A model generated the notes under the pieces. That model saw only the letters and a program-made list of their open reading frames with translations, was not told the DNA's origin and ran no database searches. 64,000 bases of DNA. Origin: Proteromonas lacertae (lineage: Eukaryota). Both the position numbers and the translations under genes were made by a program. Positions 39,125 to 53,332 of this stretch are shown one piece after another; within the stretch, counting starts at the first letter, position 1; each line of letters starts with the position of its first letter. Location: contig NGBS01001166.1 in NCBI GenBank assembly GCA_002245135.1, forward strand, positions 1-64,000. The letters are read 5' to 3'.

Positions 39125-39191
39125 CCAAATCAATGAAATATTTGATACGTTGTATTAAGGCTTGAATGTTTGATTCAAAATAGAATTAAGA

Positions 39192-39959
39192 ATGAGCAAA
39201 AATAAAGCAAATAAAAACAAGTATTGGTTTTTTAATTTATGAATTTTTATAGAAAAATCGAACAGCAATTGAAATGCCAAAACATTCTATTAGAAGCTAG
39301 AAACAAAACAAATATCGATAGTCTTTTCACTCCATTCGCTAAGTATTTTATGAAATTGTTAATGAAATAGATTTAAAGGTAATGACAATAACGAATATAC
39401 CTTTGAAGTAAAGAGGCGTAACGAAATGAGTGAGGATGAAATACAGAAGTGTTTTGACATATTAAAAACCAATATGAAATCATTTTATGAAGATTCTACA
39501 TGGGGATGGAATGACAAAAAGAAGAGTATGATATTGATCTAATAATGTTGTATAACTAGTGCAAGAACTAAAGAGTGAAGATGCCAGATATATTCTAGTT
39601 AAATATGAAGAAGATTTGTGTGGATTTCTGCATTTTAGATTCTTATATGAAGATGATAAACTGTTAGTTTATGTATATGAAATACAATTAATTGATAAAT
39701 ACAGAAGAAAGAATTTAGGAAATAGAATGATGAAATATCTAACTCTTATCACTCTTAAATTCAGTTTTCAAGATATTAGATTAACAGTTTTCAAAGCTAA
39801 CAACAGTGCAAAATGTTTTTATGAACATTTGGGCTTTAGAAAGGATGAAACATCACCTGAAGATACCTTAGATGAAGTATATTATTGTGAATTTTAAATT
39901 AATAGGAATTCGATTATATTATTATGAGTAAGTGTATAAATCCTAATCCAATTAAGTAA
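39192..39959 (+). CDS. NAA40: NatD histone N-terminal acetyltransferase (4 introns)
   Basis: LKTNMKSFYEDSTWGW...K..EL, GFLHFRF, YVYEIQL...RRKNLG, LTVFK.N..A..FY..LGF..DETSP. Confidence 0.9.
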
Positions 39960-40038
39960 TTATTTTTTTCCAAATATATTTATATGTTGTATTACCTGTA
40001 ATTATATAATTTCAGAAATTGCAGTTGCTATACCAATA

Positions 40039-42390
40039 TTAATACTGTAAATGTATAGTAAAATGATTTCCTTTCATATAATTCTGCAAATATTTTATTC
40101 CATCTGAATCTATGTTATTTCCTTTAATATTTAACAAATATATTCTTTGATTTATATTCTTTAACCCATCAACTAAATATTTTAATCCAGTTGAGGTTAG
40201 TCCCATTTCTATTATATATAAAAGTAATATTTTATACTTGAGCAATTCATTACAGTGCCATAATCTTTCAACAATTGTATATGCGGAGATAATATTTTCA
40301 TTCCTTCATCTCCTATTTCATTTTCATATAATTCAAGATGTTTAAGATTTGTAAATGAAGATAAATTGTTGATTAGTGTTTCTATACTTTTATATGTGAG
40401 TTTATTTTCTATATATTAGTAAAATATCAATTAATACCACTAAGATCTAACTCTTCTATATCTCCTAATTCATTTGATCTTAATGAAATGAATGATTTGA
40501 AAAAAACATCATCAATATCTAAACCACTTAGATCTATTCCTTTATTCCAATTTTTTTTGATATATTTTACTAATTTAGGTATATCTTTATCAATCAACAA
40601 TTCTTTACTTCCATTAAAAACAAATATAATATTATTAATTGGAAATTTCATGAACAAAGCTTTTAATCCTTTTGAGTGAATATTACTATTTCCTTTGATA
40701 TCTATTTTCTTAAGATTAGGATATTTATATATTTTTTTGGATAATAATATCATTGATTCATCGTCTAAATTCATTCCACAAAAATTCAATTCATTATTTT
40801 TGTTAATTAACAAATACAAATATGGAGATAATATACTAAATCCTTTTGGACCTATTGGATTATCTATTCGATATAATATATATTGAAAAAAAAGTAAATA
40901 CAAGTAAGATCTAAAAATTTTAATTTCATAAATGGAATTGATTTTACAAATGTTTCAATGAAATTAGAAGTAAGTTGACATCCATGTAATTCTAATTCTA
41001 GTAAATTTGATAATTTCGAAAAATGAGATCCGAACAAAGATTGATACTCACCTGGAATTGAAATAGTATTATCACCTTAATAAATATAAATGAATAATTA
41101 TTTTTATACCAAACTGTAGCTTTGTTGGATTGACTAATTTCATTATTCTAAAGAAATAATCCATTCCTTCTTCACAAAAACAAATGCATTCATTATCAAT
41201 GAAGGCTATTTCCTTGTAATATTTATTTTTAATATTAAATATCATTTTATCTAAATAACAAGATTTCTCTCTTAGTTTACATTGATGATTAATTTGAAAT
41301 ATCAGCTTATTATTTATCTCATATTGATAATTATGATTCTCATTGCACAATTTCATCATTAATAATAATGAAAGTATTCCTTCATTAGGTTTACTGTTAT
41401 ATTTTTCTATCAATTCACTTCGAATTATTTCTATTTTATTTCTGTTAAAATAATAATTTGCTTGAATATTAAATGGTGACACTTCTATATAATAATCATT
41501 ATTATTAAATAATTCTTTTCTTTCTTTACATATCATCAAATTATCTTCATCATCTTTTAATGTTACATTCATTTTTATCACTTCTTTATTCAATTCTTTT
41601 AAACTTAATCTATCTTTACTCTTCACTTTTAACAACTTATCTATCATCTCTTTCATCACATCATTACATTTCATATCTAAACTGTATTTACATCTCATTA
41701 TATTATTCATTGTTTTATTGACATTATCATCTTCATTAAATGGTAATTTCTTACAAATCATTTCATATAATATACATCCGATTGACCAAATCACACTTCG
41801 ATCATTACATTCTAAGCCATTCAATTCTTCTGGGCTTTTAAAACAAACATCATATAATTTATCATCTTCTTCTTTTCTTAATTCATTCAAAAGTAAATCA
41901 CATATCTTCATTCCATCATTCTCTTCAAATGCTATATTGCTACTCTTTAGATTACTAACAACCAAGTCATATTCATTCAATTTTATCATAATATCGCATA
42001 TTGAACATATCACATTACATATATCATCGCTTGGCATAGATTGAGTCTTTATTATCTCCTCCAGATCTCTTGAGTAATAATTTCTCTCATATATCATCAT
42101 ATTATCCCCGAAAATTGGTATATGAGATAGATGGATGAGTGATGAACAAAATTCTGACAAAAATGAATGTTTTTCTATGAATTTCAAAACTATATCTTCT
42201 TTCATCTCGTTAATCTTCAGTATTTTTACCTTTTTAACACAATTCTCATGTTCTACAACCAAATCAACTTCGCTGTTGCTTTTATTTTCTCTCTCTTTTA
42301 TCTACAAATATAAATCAATTAAAATACTTCTGTTCCAGATGGTAATATTGAAATGAATACATCATCTACACAAGATTTCAGCATTTTCAT
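40039..42390 (-). CDS. Pseudokinase + RI-type LRR protein (5 introns)
   Basis: VVSNLKSSN, ICDLL, FKSPE, SVIWSIGCILYEM..KKLPF; LRRs DNPIGPKG, ENEIGDEG, GNNIDSDG. Confidence 0.78.
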
Positions 42391-42488
42391 ATATATGAAA
42401 ATAGAGTCGTTTCATAAATAGTTTTTTTCTTTTTTGAAGATAGTGAAACAAGTAAAATCAATATATACATACAATCATATAATTTAAC

Positions 42489-44469
42489 TTAATTAGAAGA
42501 TTCTATTGATTTAGAAGATGAAGAAGGAGTAATTACTTTAAACACCTCATGTTTCATTTTATCTAACTCTAATTTAACTCTTTTTGTTTCATTCTGTTGA
42601 GATTGTGCAAATGACAATATCTTTTTAAATTTATCATCATATTCTTTACTAATTCTCAACCAATCATCTTTCTGCTGTTTTATATTATTATTCAGCTTGC
42701 TTATTTCTTCATCTTTACCACTAATTATTTTATCCTTCTCATCTAATATTTGATTTATATCTTCAAATTTCTTTTTATACTTTCGTCTCTTTTCATCAAA
42801 GTCATCTTGAATTTTTCTGATTTCTTCTTCTACTTTTTCTATACTATGAGTTTTATCATCAATTTCTAATTGTAAAGATTCTATTCTTCTTGAATCTCGA
42901 GCTAAATTTAACATCTCTTTATATTCTTCTTCTTTCCTTTTATATCCATCTATATCTGTTTCTAGTAATTCAATATTCATTTCTAATTGATTTATTCTAT
43001 TTTTAAACTCATTTTCATTGTTCTTATAATGATTTATTGTGATTCTATTTTGATTGATTTCTCTATTTGAATCTTCTAATTGGATTTGAAGGTTTGTGAA
43101 TTGTTTATTCTTTTCTTCAGTGTTATTCTTGTATATTTCTATTTGAGATTTACAATCATTTAATTCATTCTGCAATTCTGTAATTCTATTATTCTCGTTT
43201 TGGATTAGTTTAGTTTTTAAACTCTCTATCTCTTTTTCCAACTTCACTTTATTCAATGATAATTTTTCAATCACTAGTTTTTGATCAGCAATCTATATAT
43301 ATATAATGTATGTTTTATATATACTAATTTTCCCTCTTCTTTAACTATTATTTGTGTTTCATCATATTTTTCTTTCATTTGTTTCAATATTTCTTTAAAT
43401 TTCTTTGTATCTTCCAATAGTTGTTTATATTGTCTTTCAGTCTTCAATAATTCTTCAATTTGGCTGCTTTTTGTATTTAATTGTGTTTTAATCTCTGTTG
43501 ATTGAATTGATTCATTTTTATATCTATCTTGTAACTCATCAATTATTCTTTTCAACTCTTCATTACTCTTTTTTACATTCTCATACTTATTCTTATATTG
43601 AAGAACCTTCTTTTGATGTTCAATTGAGTTTTGTTCACTTGTTCTTAAGTCAGTTTGTAATGTTAAAAGTGTGTTATTCTGTTTATTCCATTCTTCCATT
43701 TTTGAGTTATACTCATTTGATATATTGAAACATTTGGTTTGATATTCTTCTATCTGTTTTGATTGAATTGATATTGTTGCTGTTCGTAACTCTAAGCTTT
43801 TATTCAATTCATCGATTTTTTGATTTAAATTGTTTATTTGTTTCTCTTGTTCATTCAACTATTCAATTACATATATATATATATAATACTTTTCTATTGA
43901 TTTCTTCATTTTGTAGATTCTTTTTCTGGATATCATCATAATTTGTAGAAATAATCTGTTGATTTTGCCTAATGGTTTTGTTCAGTTCATTGATCAGCTC
44001 ATTTTTGTCATTTATTACATTGTCTTTTTCTTTTATATTCATCTCATAATTTGATATCTATTCAGTAATATATATAACAGTAATAAATATACTTTACTCT
44101 TCAATTTTTCAATATCTTTGGATCTATTACTCAGATCAGATTGTTTTACTTTCATATGATTAGATATTTCACTATTTTGGACAGATAATTCTTCTATTTG
44201 CTTGTCTTTCTTATTTACTTCATATTCTATTTTATTCATTTGTTCTGTTATTGTTTTTAGTTTGTCATTATATCTTTTCAATGTATCATCTTTCTTTGAT
44301 ATTGTTTTATTTAATTCATTTATTTTGTGATTTAGTTTATCATTTTCTATTCTGTAATTTGACAGTTCTATTTCATTCTTTTCTAATATAAATGGTAATT
44401 CATCAACATCAGTTTGACAGCAGTGATTCGTCATTTCTACTATTCTTTCTGGTTTTGTATTACTATTGC

Positions 44470-44500
<31 letters not shown>

Positions 44501-45600
44501 GGAAGGTTGTGGCATTGAATATATGATAATTGGCTGAGGAGGAGGTGCAGGTTGTTGTGGCTGTTGCATCATTGGTATAATTGGATAATTAGGTGATTGA
44601 TATATTGGATTATTATAATTAGGTGGAATTGACTGTAGTTGCTGTTGTGGTTGTGGTTGTGATAATGGTTTTGTATAATGATGATAGTTCACAGGTGATG
44701 GATTCAATATTGTTTTATTATTATTATTATTATTATTATGTATATTTTCATTATATGATTCTCTAATAAAATCATCATCATTATCTATGCTTGATAATAA
44801 TGGATTAATTTCATTATCACTATCATAGGGATTTCTATATGTTTGACTTTGTGGTGGATATTGTGAATATGTATCTTCTTGTATTTGTTGTGTAACAGAT
44901 GATGATGGTGGTGGTAATGAATATGAAGAAGTATTGTTATTATTATCAATTAAGGAGGAATCTGATGATTTAACATCAATATCTTTAAGTAATTTAATTT
45001 TGTGTAATAACTCCTTGATATAATTACTAAAATGTTTCTTCTTGCACATTGGATTGCCTTCTACTTTGAATGATCTTAGTCTATTACATGAATGAAGATT
45101 TCTTAACTCTGATGGATTTTCAACTTGATTTTTTGATATATCAAACGATATTAGGTTTTTTAACTTTGATATTTTACTAATTGATGTTATGCTAAAAATA
45201 TAGAATATATATAATATGTATACTAGTTTATTGAAAGGTTTAAAACCTTGAGATTTGTCAAACATGTTATAGTGTCTAACGAATTAATGAAATTACAAGA
45301 TAAATCCAACTCTTCTAGATGTTTTAGCGGTAATAATTGGTTTTCATCCAAGTGCTATCAAATTACAGCTAATTATATACATTTATTCTATTACAAGACA
45401 AATTAACAACCTTTAAAGATGTTAAATGTTTCAGTCCATCTAATGAAGTAAGTAAATTATCATGTAACATCAAAGTAGTGAGATTTGGGTAATCAAATAT
45501 GTTCTAGAGGGATAAAAAGCATGAATTTAAATTATACATCTATCTGAGTGATTTCTTTGATGTTTTTACCAATGACATCTATCTCCTTTGTCTCATTCAT
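42489..45600 (-). CDS. LRR + coiled-coil protein, LRRCC1/VFL1-like centriolar candidate (6 introns)
   Basis: SDS22-type LRRs (LMLHDNLLTSLDGL, LDLSCNFI, LNLSINYI) with LRR cap GNPMC, a Pro/Gln/Asn linker and a long coiled coil. Confidence 0.65.
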
Positions 45601-46148
45601 TTTTTAAATCTCAAAACTTTTTTGAAATTGTGAAACGAATATATATACGAAAATGAAAATTATTGATATATTAATGAATGTATTATGCATCAGGGTTTAT
45701 AATGAATTAAATAACTTCTTATAAAGTTATGCGCAAGGAAAGATAGAATGACTTCAAAAGATGCATATACAGATTGTAAAGTAGCTATGATAATTATCAG
45801 AACATATTAGTCATATTACATAAACATAATACTTTTACATTGAAGTGTAATTCTAGATTTACAAAAGAACGCAAATTACATCAAATTACATTCAAAATAG
45901 TAGCCTAAATAGAAAACTACATCATTCACATCTCACAATAATCAAAATCATGTAAAAAACGAGAAAAACATTTTTAAAACGATCAAACAAGTTTGGCATT
46001 ATTTGCTGATTGAATAAAAGTCTTTATTTCACAGGCGTATAGAGTCTGCTGAGTATACAACATGTATTTATATAATAACTGATGCTAAAATCTTTTTGTT
46101 TTTATTATATAATCTTCTTATGAACAACATTTACTTTATTTTCTAGAA

Positions 46149-47228
46149 ATGACCAGTATTGCTAAAGTATACGCCAATGTGAATGTTGAAAGGCCCAGAG
46201 AATATTGGGATTATGAAAACGCGTCAATTCAGTGGGGTAATATGGATAATTACCAAGTAATCAGAAAAATTGGTCGTGGTAAGTACAGTGAGGTATTTGA
46301 AGGCATCAACATCACGAATAACGAACACTGTGTTATAAAAATCTTGAAACCAGTGAAAAAGAAGAAGATAAAGAGAGAAATAACAATCCTTCAGAATTTA
46401 AGTGGAGGTCCATTTATATCTCCATTATTTGACGTTGTAAGAGAGCCACAAACGAAAACTCCAAGTTTAATTGTGAAATGGGTAAATAACACTGATTTCA
46501 AAGTATTATATCCCACATTTACTGATTATGACTGTCGATATTATTTATATAAAATCTTAGTAGCGTTAGATTATAGTCATAGCAATGGAATAATGCATCG
46601 TGATGTTAAACCTCATAATATAATGATTGATCATAGTAAAAGAGAATTATATTTAATCGATTGGGGTTTAGCTGAATATTACCATCCAGGTAGAGAATAT
46701 AATGTTAGAGTAGCTAGTCGATATTTCAAAGGACCTGAATTGTTAGTAGATTTTCAAGAATATGATTATTCCTTAGATCTTTGGAGTTTTGGATGTACAA
46801 TGGCATCGATGATATTTATGAGAGAACCATTCTTCAAAGGTCGAGATAATTATGATCAATTAGTAAAAATCGTGAAAGTCTTAGGAACTGAAGAATTTGA
46901 GAAATACTTAAAGAAATATAATATTGAATTAGACAGTCATTATGATGGTTTAATTGGTACACACAGTCGTAAACCATGGAATCTATTTATAACGAGAGAA
47001 TGTGAACATTTAGTAAGTGCTGATGCTTTGGATTTGTTAGATCATTTATTGAAATATGATCATCAAGAGAGATATACAGCAGCTGAAGCGATGAAACATA
47101 AATACTTTGATAGTGTTCGAGATATAATAAACAAAGAAATTGAAGAATTGAAAGTGAATAGTAATAATGTTAGTGTAGGAGGAAGTATAAAGAAAAGTGT
47201 GATGAAGAAGGAAGAAACATCGTTATAA
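46149..47228 (+). CDS. CKA1: Casein kinase II alpha (coding region intronless)
   Basis: [62 protein letters not shown]. Confidence 0.98.
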   Translation: MTSIAKVYANVNVERPREYWDYENASIQWGNMDNYQVIRKIGRGKYSEVFEGINITNNEHCVIKILKPVKKKKIKREITILQNLSGGPFISPLFDVVREPQTKTPSLIVKWVNNTDFKVLYPTFTDYDCRYYLYKILVALDYSHSNGIMHRDVKPHNIMIDHSKRELYLIDWGLAEYYHPGREYNVRVASRYFKGPELLVDFQEYDYSLDLWSFGCTMASMIFMREPFFKGRDNYDQLVKIVKVLGTEEFEKYLKKYNIELDSHYDGLIGTHSRKPWNLFITRECEHLVSADALDLLDHLLKYDHQERYTAAEAMKHKYFDSVRDIINKEIEELKVNSNNVSVGGSIKKSVMKKEETSL

Positions 47229-47336
47229 AAAGATATATATTTAAGAATATGGAGAGTTAATTATAGTTGATTATTATTATTATTATTATTAATGTTTATT
47301 ATATTTATATAACATAAAATATAAATGAAATTGAGT

Positions 47337-49684
47337 TTAACAAATAAGTTTTCTCTTCAACTGGTGAATTTTCAGTTCACAATTTTTGTGAAATTCTCTC
47401 ATATAATTCCTCAAATATACTATTCCACCAAAATCAATTTTTTTATTATCTCTTATATCAAGTTTATGAATGATTTCATTCTTTAAACCATCTATCAAAT
47501 ATTTTAATCCAGTTGAAGATAATCCCATCTCTATTATATTAAACTTATAATATATACTTGAACAATTTATTTCATCATTATATTTCTTCAATAAATGCAA
47601 ATGTGGAGATAATATTCTCATTCCTTCATCTCCTATTTCATTTCCACATAATTCAAAATATTCAAGATGTTGCAATGAAGATAAATTGTTAATCAATATT
47701 TCTACACTTTCATGAGTAAGTTTATTATCTATATGATAGAAAAAACTAATTATACTACTCATATCTATTCTTTTTATTTCTTTTAATTCATTTGATCTTA
47801 AAGAAATGAATGATTTGATAAAATCATCATCAATATTGTAATTACTTAGATTTAACTCATTATAATCATCTTTGATATATTTTATCAATTCTGGAATATC
47901 TTTATCAATCAACAATTCTTTACTTCTGTTAAAATCAAACCATATTTTCGAAATAGGAAATTTGGAGAATAATGCTTTTAATCCTTTTGAACGAATATTT
48001 CTATTTTTTGTAATTCTTATTATCTTAATATTTGGATATTTATATAATTCTGATGATAATAATATCATTGATTGATCATTTAAATTCATATAGTGTAGAT
48101 CCAATTCATTCTCTTTATTGATTAATAAATGTACATATCGAAGCAATAGGTAGAATCCATCTGGACCAATTTCATTATCTATTTCAATTTTATATATTAT
48201 ATAGAATAATATATACATGAAAGATCTAAACGCTTCAATTTCATGAATGGAATTGATTTAAAGAATGTTTCAACAAAATTATATGTAAGGTCACAATTTG
48301 ATAAATCTAATTCTTGAAGATTTGTTAACTGAAAAAAAATATGATCCAAAATTTGAATGATCAAAGCTTTCAATTTTAAGTTGACCTATTTAAATGAAAA
48401 TAAATAGATCTATACTAAATGATAGATGTGTTGGATTAATTAATTTTAATATGTTAAATACATATTTTATCCCATTATTACACTCACAAACACTATTCCA
48501 ATTAATTATGAGTATTTTTTTATCCGCATAATCATAAAAACAATTTAATATCATTTTATCTAAATAACACCTTCCATTATGCATGCAGTTGTGATATATT
48601 TGGAATTTTAGTTTTTTTTTAACTGAATTATCTTTTCTATTTATTTTCATCATCAATAGAATTGCTAATATTCTTTCATTTGGTTGATTATTGTATAAAT
48701 CTATTAAACCATCTCGAATTGCTTCTATCTTATTTCTCTTTAAATAATATTCTAGTTTTACATTAAATGATGATATTTCTGGTAGATAATCATTATTGTA
48801 TAACAGTTCTATCCTTTCATTATACACCACACTATTATTCTCATTATATTTCAGTATTTCGCTCATCTTTGTCATTTCTTTTCTTAAGTCTTTCAAACTC
48901 AATCTTTCTTCACTCTTTACTTTTAACATCTTATCTATCATTTCTTTCATCACATCATCACATTCTCCATCAAAACTGTATTTACATTTCAGAATGTTGT
49001 TCATTGTTCTATAAATATCATCATCTTCGTTGAATGGTAATTTCTTACAAATCATTTCATAAAAAATACAACCAATTGACCAAATCACACTTCTCTCATT
49101 ACATTCTAATCCATTCAGTTCTTCTGGGCTTTTGAAACAAACATCATACAATCTCATTCCATCTTCTTTTCTCAATTCATTTAAGAATAAATCACATAAT
49201 TTTAATTTACCATCTTCTCCTTCATATACTACGTTACTACTCTTCAAATTATTTATCATTAAATCATTTTCACTCAATATCATCAATATATCACATAATG
49301 AACTAATAACACAACTAATAAAACTACTTAAAATGGATTTACTTTGAATTATCTCTTCTAAATCTTTAGAATAATATAACCTCTCATATATCATCATATT
49401 ATCCCCGATTATTTGGATTTGTAGAGGGAGTATGTATAATGAGCAATAATCTAACAACGAGGTATTTTCACAGAATTTCAATTTCTTCTTTTGTTTAATT
49501 CCATTAAGATTTAGAAATTTTATCACCTTAACATCATCTTTATGTTTAACAACAAAATTTACTTGACTAACACTCTTTTCTACTCTCTCTTTTATCTATA
49601 AATATTAATTTACTAAAATACCTGACCATGAGATGGTAACATTGATGATACAACCTCACCTACAACAGAACTAAAAGAAAACAT
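47337..49684 (-). CDS. Pseudokinase + RI-type LRR protein, paralog of 40039-42390 (5 introns; +1 frameshift in T8 at 48332-48339)
   Basis: MINNLKSSN, LCDLF, FKSPEELNGLECNERSVIWSIG, and the same exon layout as its paralog. Confidence 0.75.
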
Positions 49685-49867
49685 TTTTCAATGAATTAAA
49701 CGAATATATTTTTATCAACAATATTTTTATAAAATAAAAGAATGTAGCATATGATAAAGCCTTATATTTGTATGAGAAAAAGAGAGAGAGAAATCTGGAA
49801 TAAGATGCTTAAAAATGTTTATTCAATAATCCCCTAAAACAGTTCAATAAACAATAATATTGTCAGT

Positions 49868-51646
49868 TTAAAATTCATCAACAACAAATTCACCACCACA
49901 ATATATTCTAGTACTATCTCCTTTCTTATCAAGACAATATCCTCTAATTCTATTCCAAGCTGGTTCATTCTCATCATTCTCATCAACTTTCTTAAATTCC
50001 CAACCATCATTCTTAATAACCAAATGTCTAATCACAACATGAGTATCTTCTTTAGCTACAACAACTAAAGTACCATCTAACTCTAAATTCTCTATTCTAA
50101 CATCACCCTTCACAACTAATGTTGAATCTTTACTTATATATACACCACCTCCAAATCTACTAGTCAATTCACTGTATGTAACACCAACAGATGGATCAAT
50201 CACTACATGAGCGCCTTCTTCAACATGACAACCAGCTGCATTCAAATGAGCAACATGCATTTTATATATATCTCTTTCACCAGATGCTGCACTTTCTTCT
50301 ACACCACAACTAGCAGCTGCATTCTTAGCAGCAGTTAAATCATTCTTTACAGCTGAGAAAACTAACCATCTTTCCATTGATGTAAATCCTACTCTACATT
50401 TTGGACCTAATAGTTTTGGATAATCTTGCATCATACACTCTAATCTAGTTGGACTTTTGAATGTATTATCAGGGTTAAACTTTGGATTAACAAACTCAGG
50501 AATTGAACCACCACTTTCTTCTAATGTTTCAACATAATTCTTCAAATTCATACATAGCACATTGATATTACCTGGATATGGTGAAAATCCATCACTTTCT
50601 GGAACATCTCCATCTTTATTAACTGTTGCTCTAAGTAATGGGTCTAATTGGTTATATTCTACATTAATAGTTAATCCTCTACCATCTTTATGAGAGAGTT
50701 TACAAATAGCACCAACCTTTTCTTTGGCATATCTTCTAACAGCTAAACTATTTACTTCTAAATTCATATCTTTTGCAACTCCAACACAAGCTGGAACTCC
50801 GTGGAATGCTAAACCATTTGTATCTTGGAAGAAGACTATCCAATTAATACCCATCTCATACCATTTAGCTGCTGTTCCACTTTGATGCATTAATAAATGT
50901 ACATCTCCATGTCCATGAGGTTTAGTAACAATTTTGCCATTTTCATAAGCAAATAAACCATCTTTATTTACCATTGCTGGTACTGCATTTTGTTTACAGA
51001 TTGTAATTTGCTCTTTTTTCATACCATAGTAATTATTTTCAGCCAACATCTTTCTTGTCATCTCATCTGTTCGATCGGATGTCATAATGAACAAGGGTAA
51101 CATAGTTGCTTCAGTACGTTGTTGGTAACTTAGAATCGTCTTGATATATAACTCTATGAATGGTGTTTCTGTTGATATTTCACTGTGTAAACTGATTTTA
51201 ATGTATTCATAACCTAATCTTTCACCTAAACCTCCAGCAACTAATACAAAACCAGCATGCTTTAATTCTTTTAAACCAATAGCTTCATAATTGCAGAATT
51301 CTTTAGTTCCAAAGGTGAGATTCTTACCTTCAGGAATTGAAGGTGTAAATCCATCATAAGGATTGATTCCTTTAGTTGAATTGTCTAATAAAGTCTTTGC
51401 ATTTGCTACATATTGCTTTAAACCTCCTGGATATTCACTATTAATCTGAGCTGCATGATAGCATAGTGAAGCCAATTCTATAAATTAATATAAAAAGATC
51501 GGTAAATACTTCCATCCTTTGTTGCAGCTTCTATAATAGTTTGTTGACCAATTGAGTTCAAAAGCTTAAGAGTCTTTTGTTGTTCTGGTGTTAATGCATC
51601 ACTATTTGAATTTATAATAACAGAATCAATAATACGTTGCAGACAT
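49868..51646 (-). CDS. USP: UDP-sugar pyrophosphorylase (2 introns)
   Basis: YPGGL..Y, FVLVAGGLGERLGY, IMTSD.T, TKPHGHGDVH, FFQDTN, NVEYNQLDPLL, EFVNPK, PTRLECMMQD. Confidence 0.93.
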
Positions 51647-51901
51647 GAGATAAAACTGAAACTAAAGATTTTAGTTGGTAATGAATTTCTAAACTTCTAT
51701 ATGAGAATCTTTAAATAAGAAATCTATACTTGTATCAAATCTGGCTTGATGCTTATAATTTTACCCCCTTCATTGAATCTAAACGAATCTATTTTTAACA
51801 ACTGTAATTTAAATGATGGAGGATGTATTTATTGATATTATTTTCAATTTCAACAACAACACACAATCTCTTACAAAATAAATATATGAATTAAACAGAA
51901 T

Positions 51902-53190
51902 CTACCAAAAAGCTTTATCAATATCATTTACACTTACAACAGATGCATAACCACACTGTTTATCATTCTCATGACAAGGAGATATACCTTTAAAATAATC
52001 AACATACCATTTAAAATCATGGCATTTCAGTCTTTTCTTCAATGCTCTAGGTTCTATTCATTAATAGAATATGAAATATATACTTGACAAATCACCATAA
52101 TCAATAGATCCTCTCTTAATCTGTCTTTCTTTATAAAATGTATCTTTATACTCTTCATCAAGCCAAACTTCAGCAGATCTGAATTGAATTCCTCCACACA
52201 TCATGACCACTCACTTTATAAGGGAATTTCGTTCTAAATGCATGTGCTATATAACATTTCGGTGCAACTAATATCCTTCCACCACATAACCAAGTTCTTA
52301 ACGAGAAGTCGATATTTTCGCCACCCCATTGTGTCATACCTGTATCCATACCTTCTACTTCCGTCCACCATCTTTTGGATACGAAAAATTCACCCATTGT
52401 TCCTGCACTTTCATAACTTCCATCTGTTCTTCCACTTCCCCATTTGTGTTTGAATGACCAGTATAATCCTGCAGAACTACCTACTCCTTTCTTCGCTGAC
52501 ATGAATTCGAATTTGTCGTGGTCTAAACTAAATACTACTGGATTTACTACAGTTTTGTAATTCTATTATTATTATAATATATAAATTATACTTTTTTCAT
52601 AAATTCATATGGCTGTCTTAACCAATCATGTGCTACTTTAATATGTGCATCCATAATACCGATAAATTCACATCTTGCTTCATTACCACCATTGTTCCTT
52701 GCTTGAATTAAACCAGATCTTATATCAGATCTTACTATTCTTACCATTGAATGGTTGTATACCACTGGAATATCTGAACCATCATCATATACTAATATTT
52801 CACCCAAAAGATCGGTTGAGTTGGCTAGAATTGATTCAATTTTGTAGAAATTAAGAAATAAAAATACATATAAGTTTAAAAAGATATGTTTTGAATAGTA
52901 ATGGTTCGTTGTAATCAACTAAAACAATCGAAAACTTGTCTTGAATAATAGCTGGTGCTAAAATCATTAATATTATTATAAAAATGTATACGATGTTTAA
53001 GAAGTTTTGGGTCAACTTCATACTTTGGTTCTACAATAGCTGCAGCTATATTTCTACCTGTCATTCTGTTCATTTGTTGGAAGTACAAATATGATATTGC
53101 TATATTCACTATCACACATGTTATTCCACAAAGCAACTATGAAAATAAGTCTACAAGCTATACAAAACAAAATTTAGTTAAACAATTCAT
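51902..53190 (-). CDS. Polypeptide GalNAc-transferase-like (GT27), copy A, no ricin domain (+1 frameshift near 52181)
   Basis: TM anchor, EILVYDDGS, GLIQARN.G, MDAH, WGGENIDFSLRTWLCGG, AHAFR...PY, LKCHDFKWY. Confidence 0.85.
52842..52887 (-). other. U12-type intron with apparent AT-AA ends, 46 nt
   Basis: Donor ATATCTTTTT, branch TTTCTTAAT. Only the end ...CTACAA gives in-frame PLLFKT-IESIL, matching the uninterrupted PLLTPTIHSIL of copy B. Confidence 0.65.
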
Positions 53191-53332
53191 TTCAATAATA
53201 AAAAAATAGTCGGTTCAATTTTCAAAATTATTTAGAATAATGTCTTTTTCTCGTTTATTATTTGATTTTATTAGTTATTATACACTATTTTAGAATTAAT
53301 AAATAATATTAAAGTTATATATGGTAATTGTA

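Noticed and set aside
32736..39959. NAA30 and NAA40 as a functional cluster
   Set aside because: Separated by three unrelated genes and in different complexes; proximity is likely chance.
44460..44740. (AAT)n, (CAA)n and (AT)n tracts as special repeats
   Set aside because: Ordinary poly-Asn/Gln and intronic microsatellites of an AT-rich genome.
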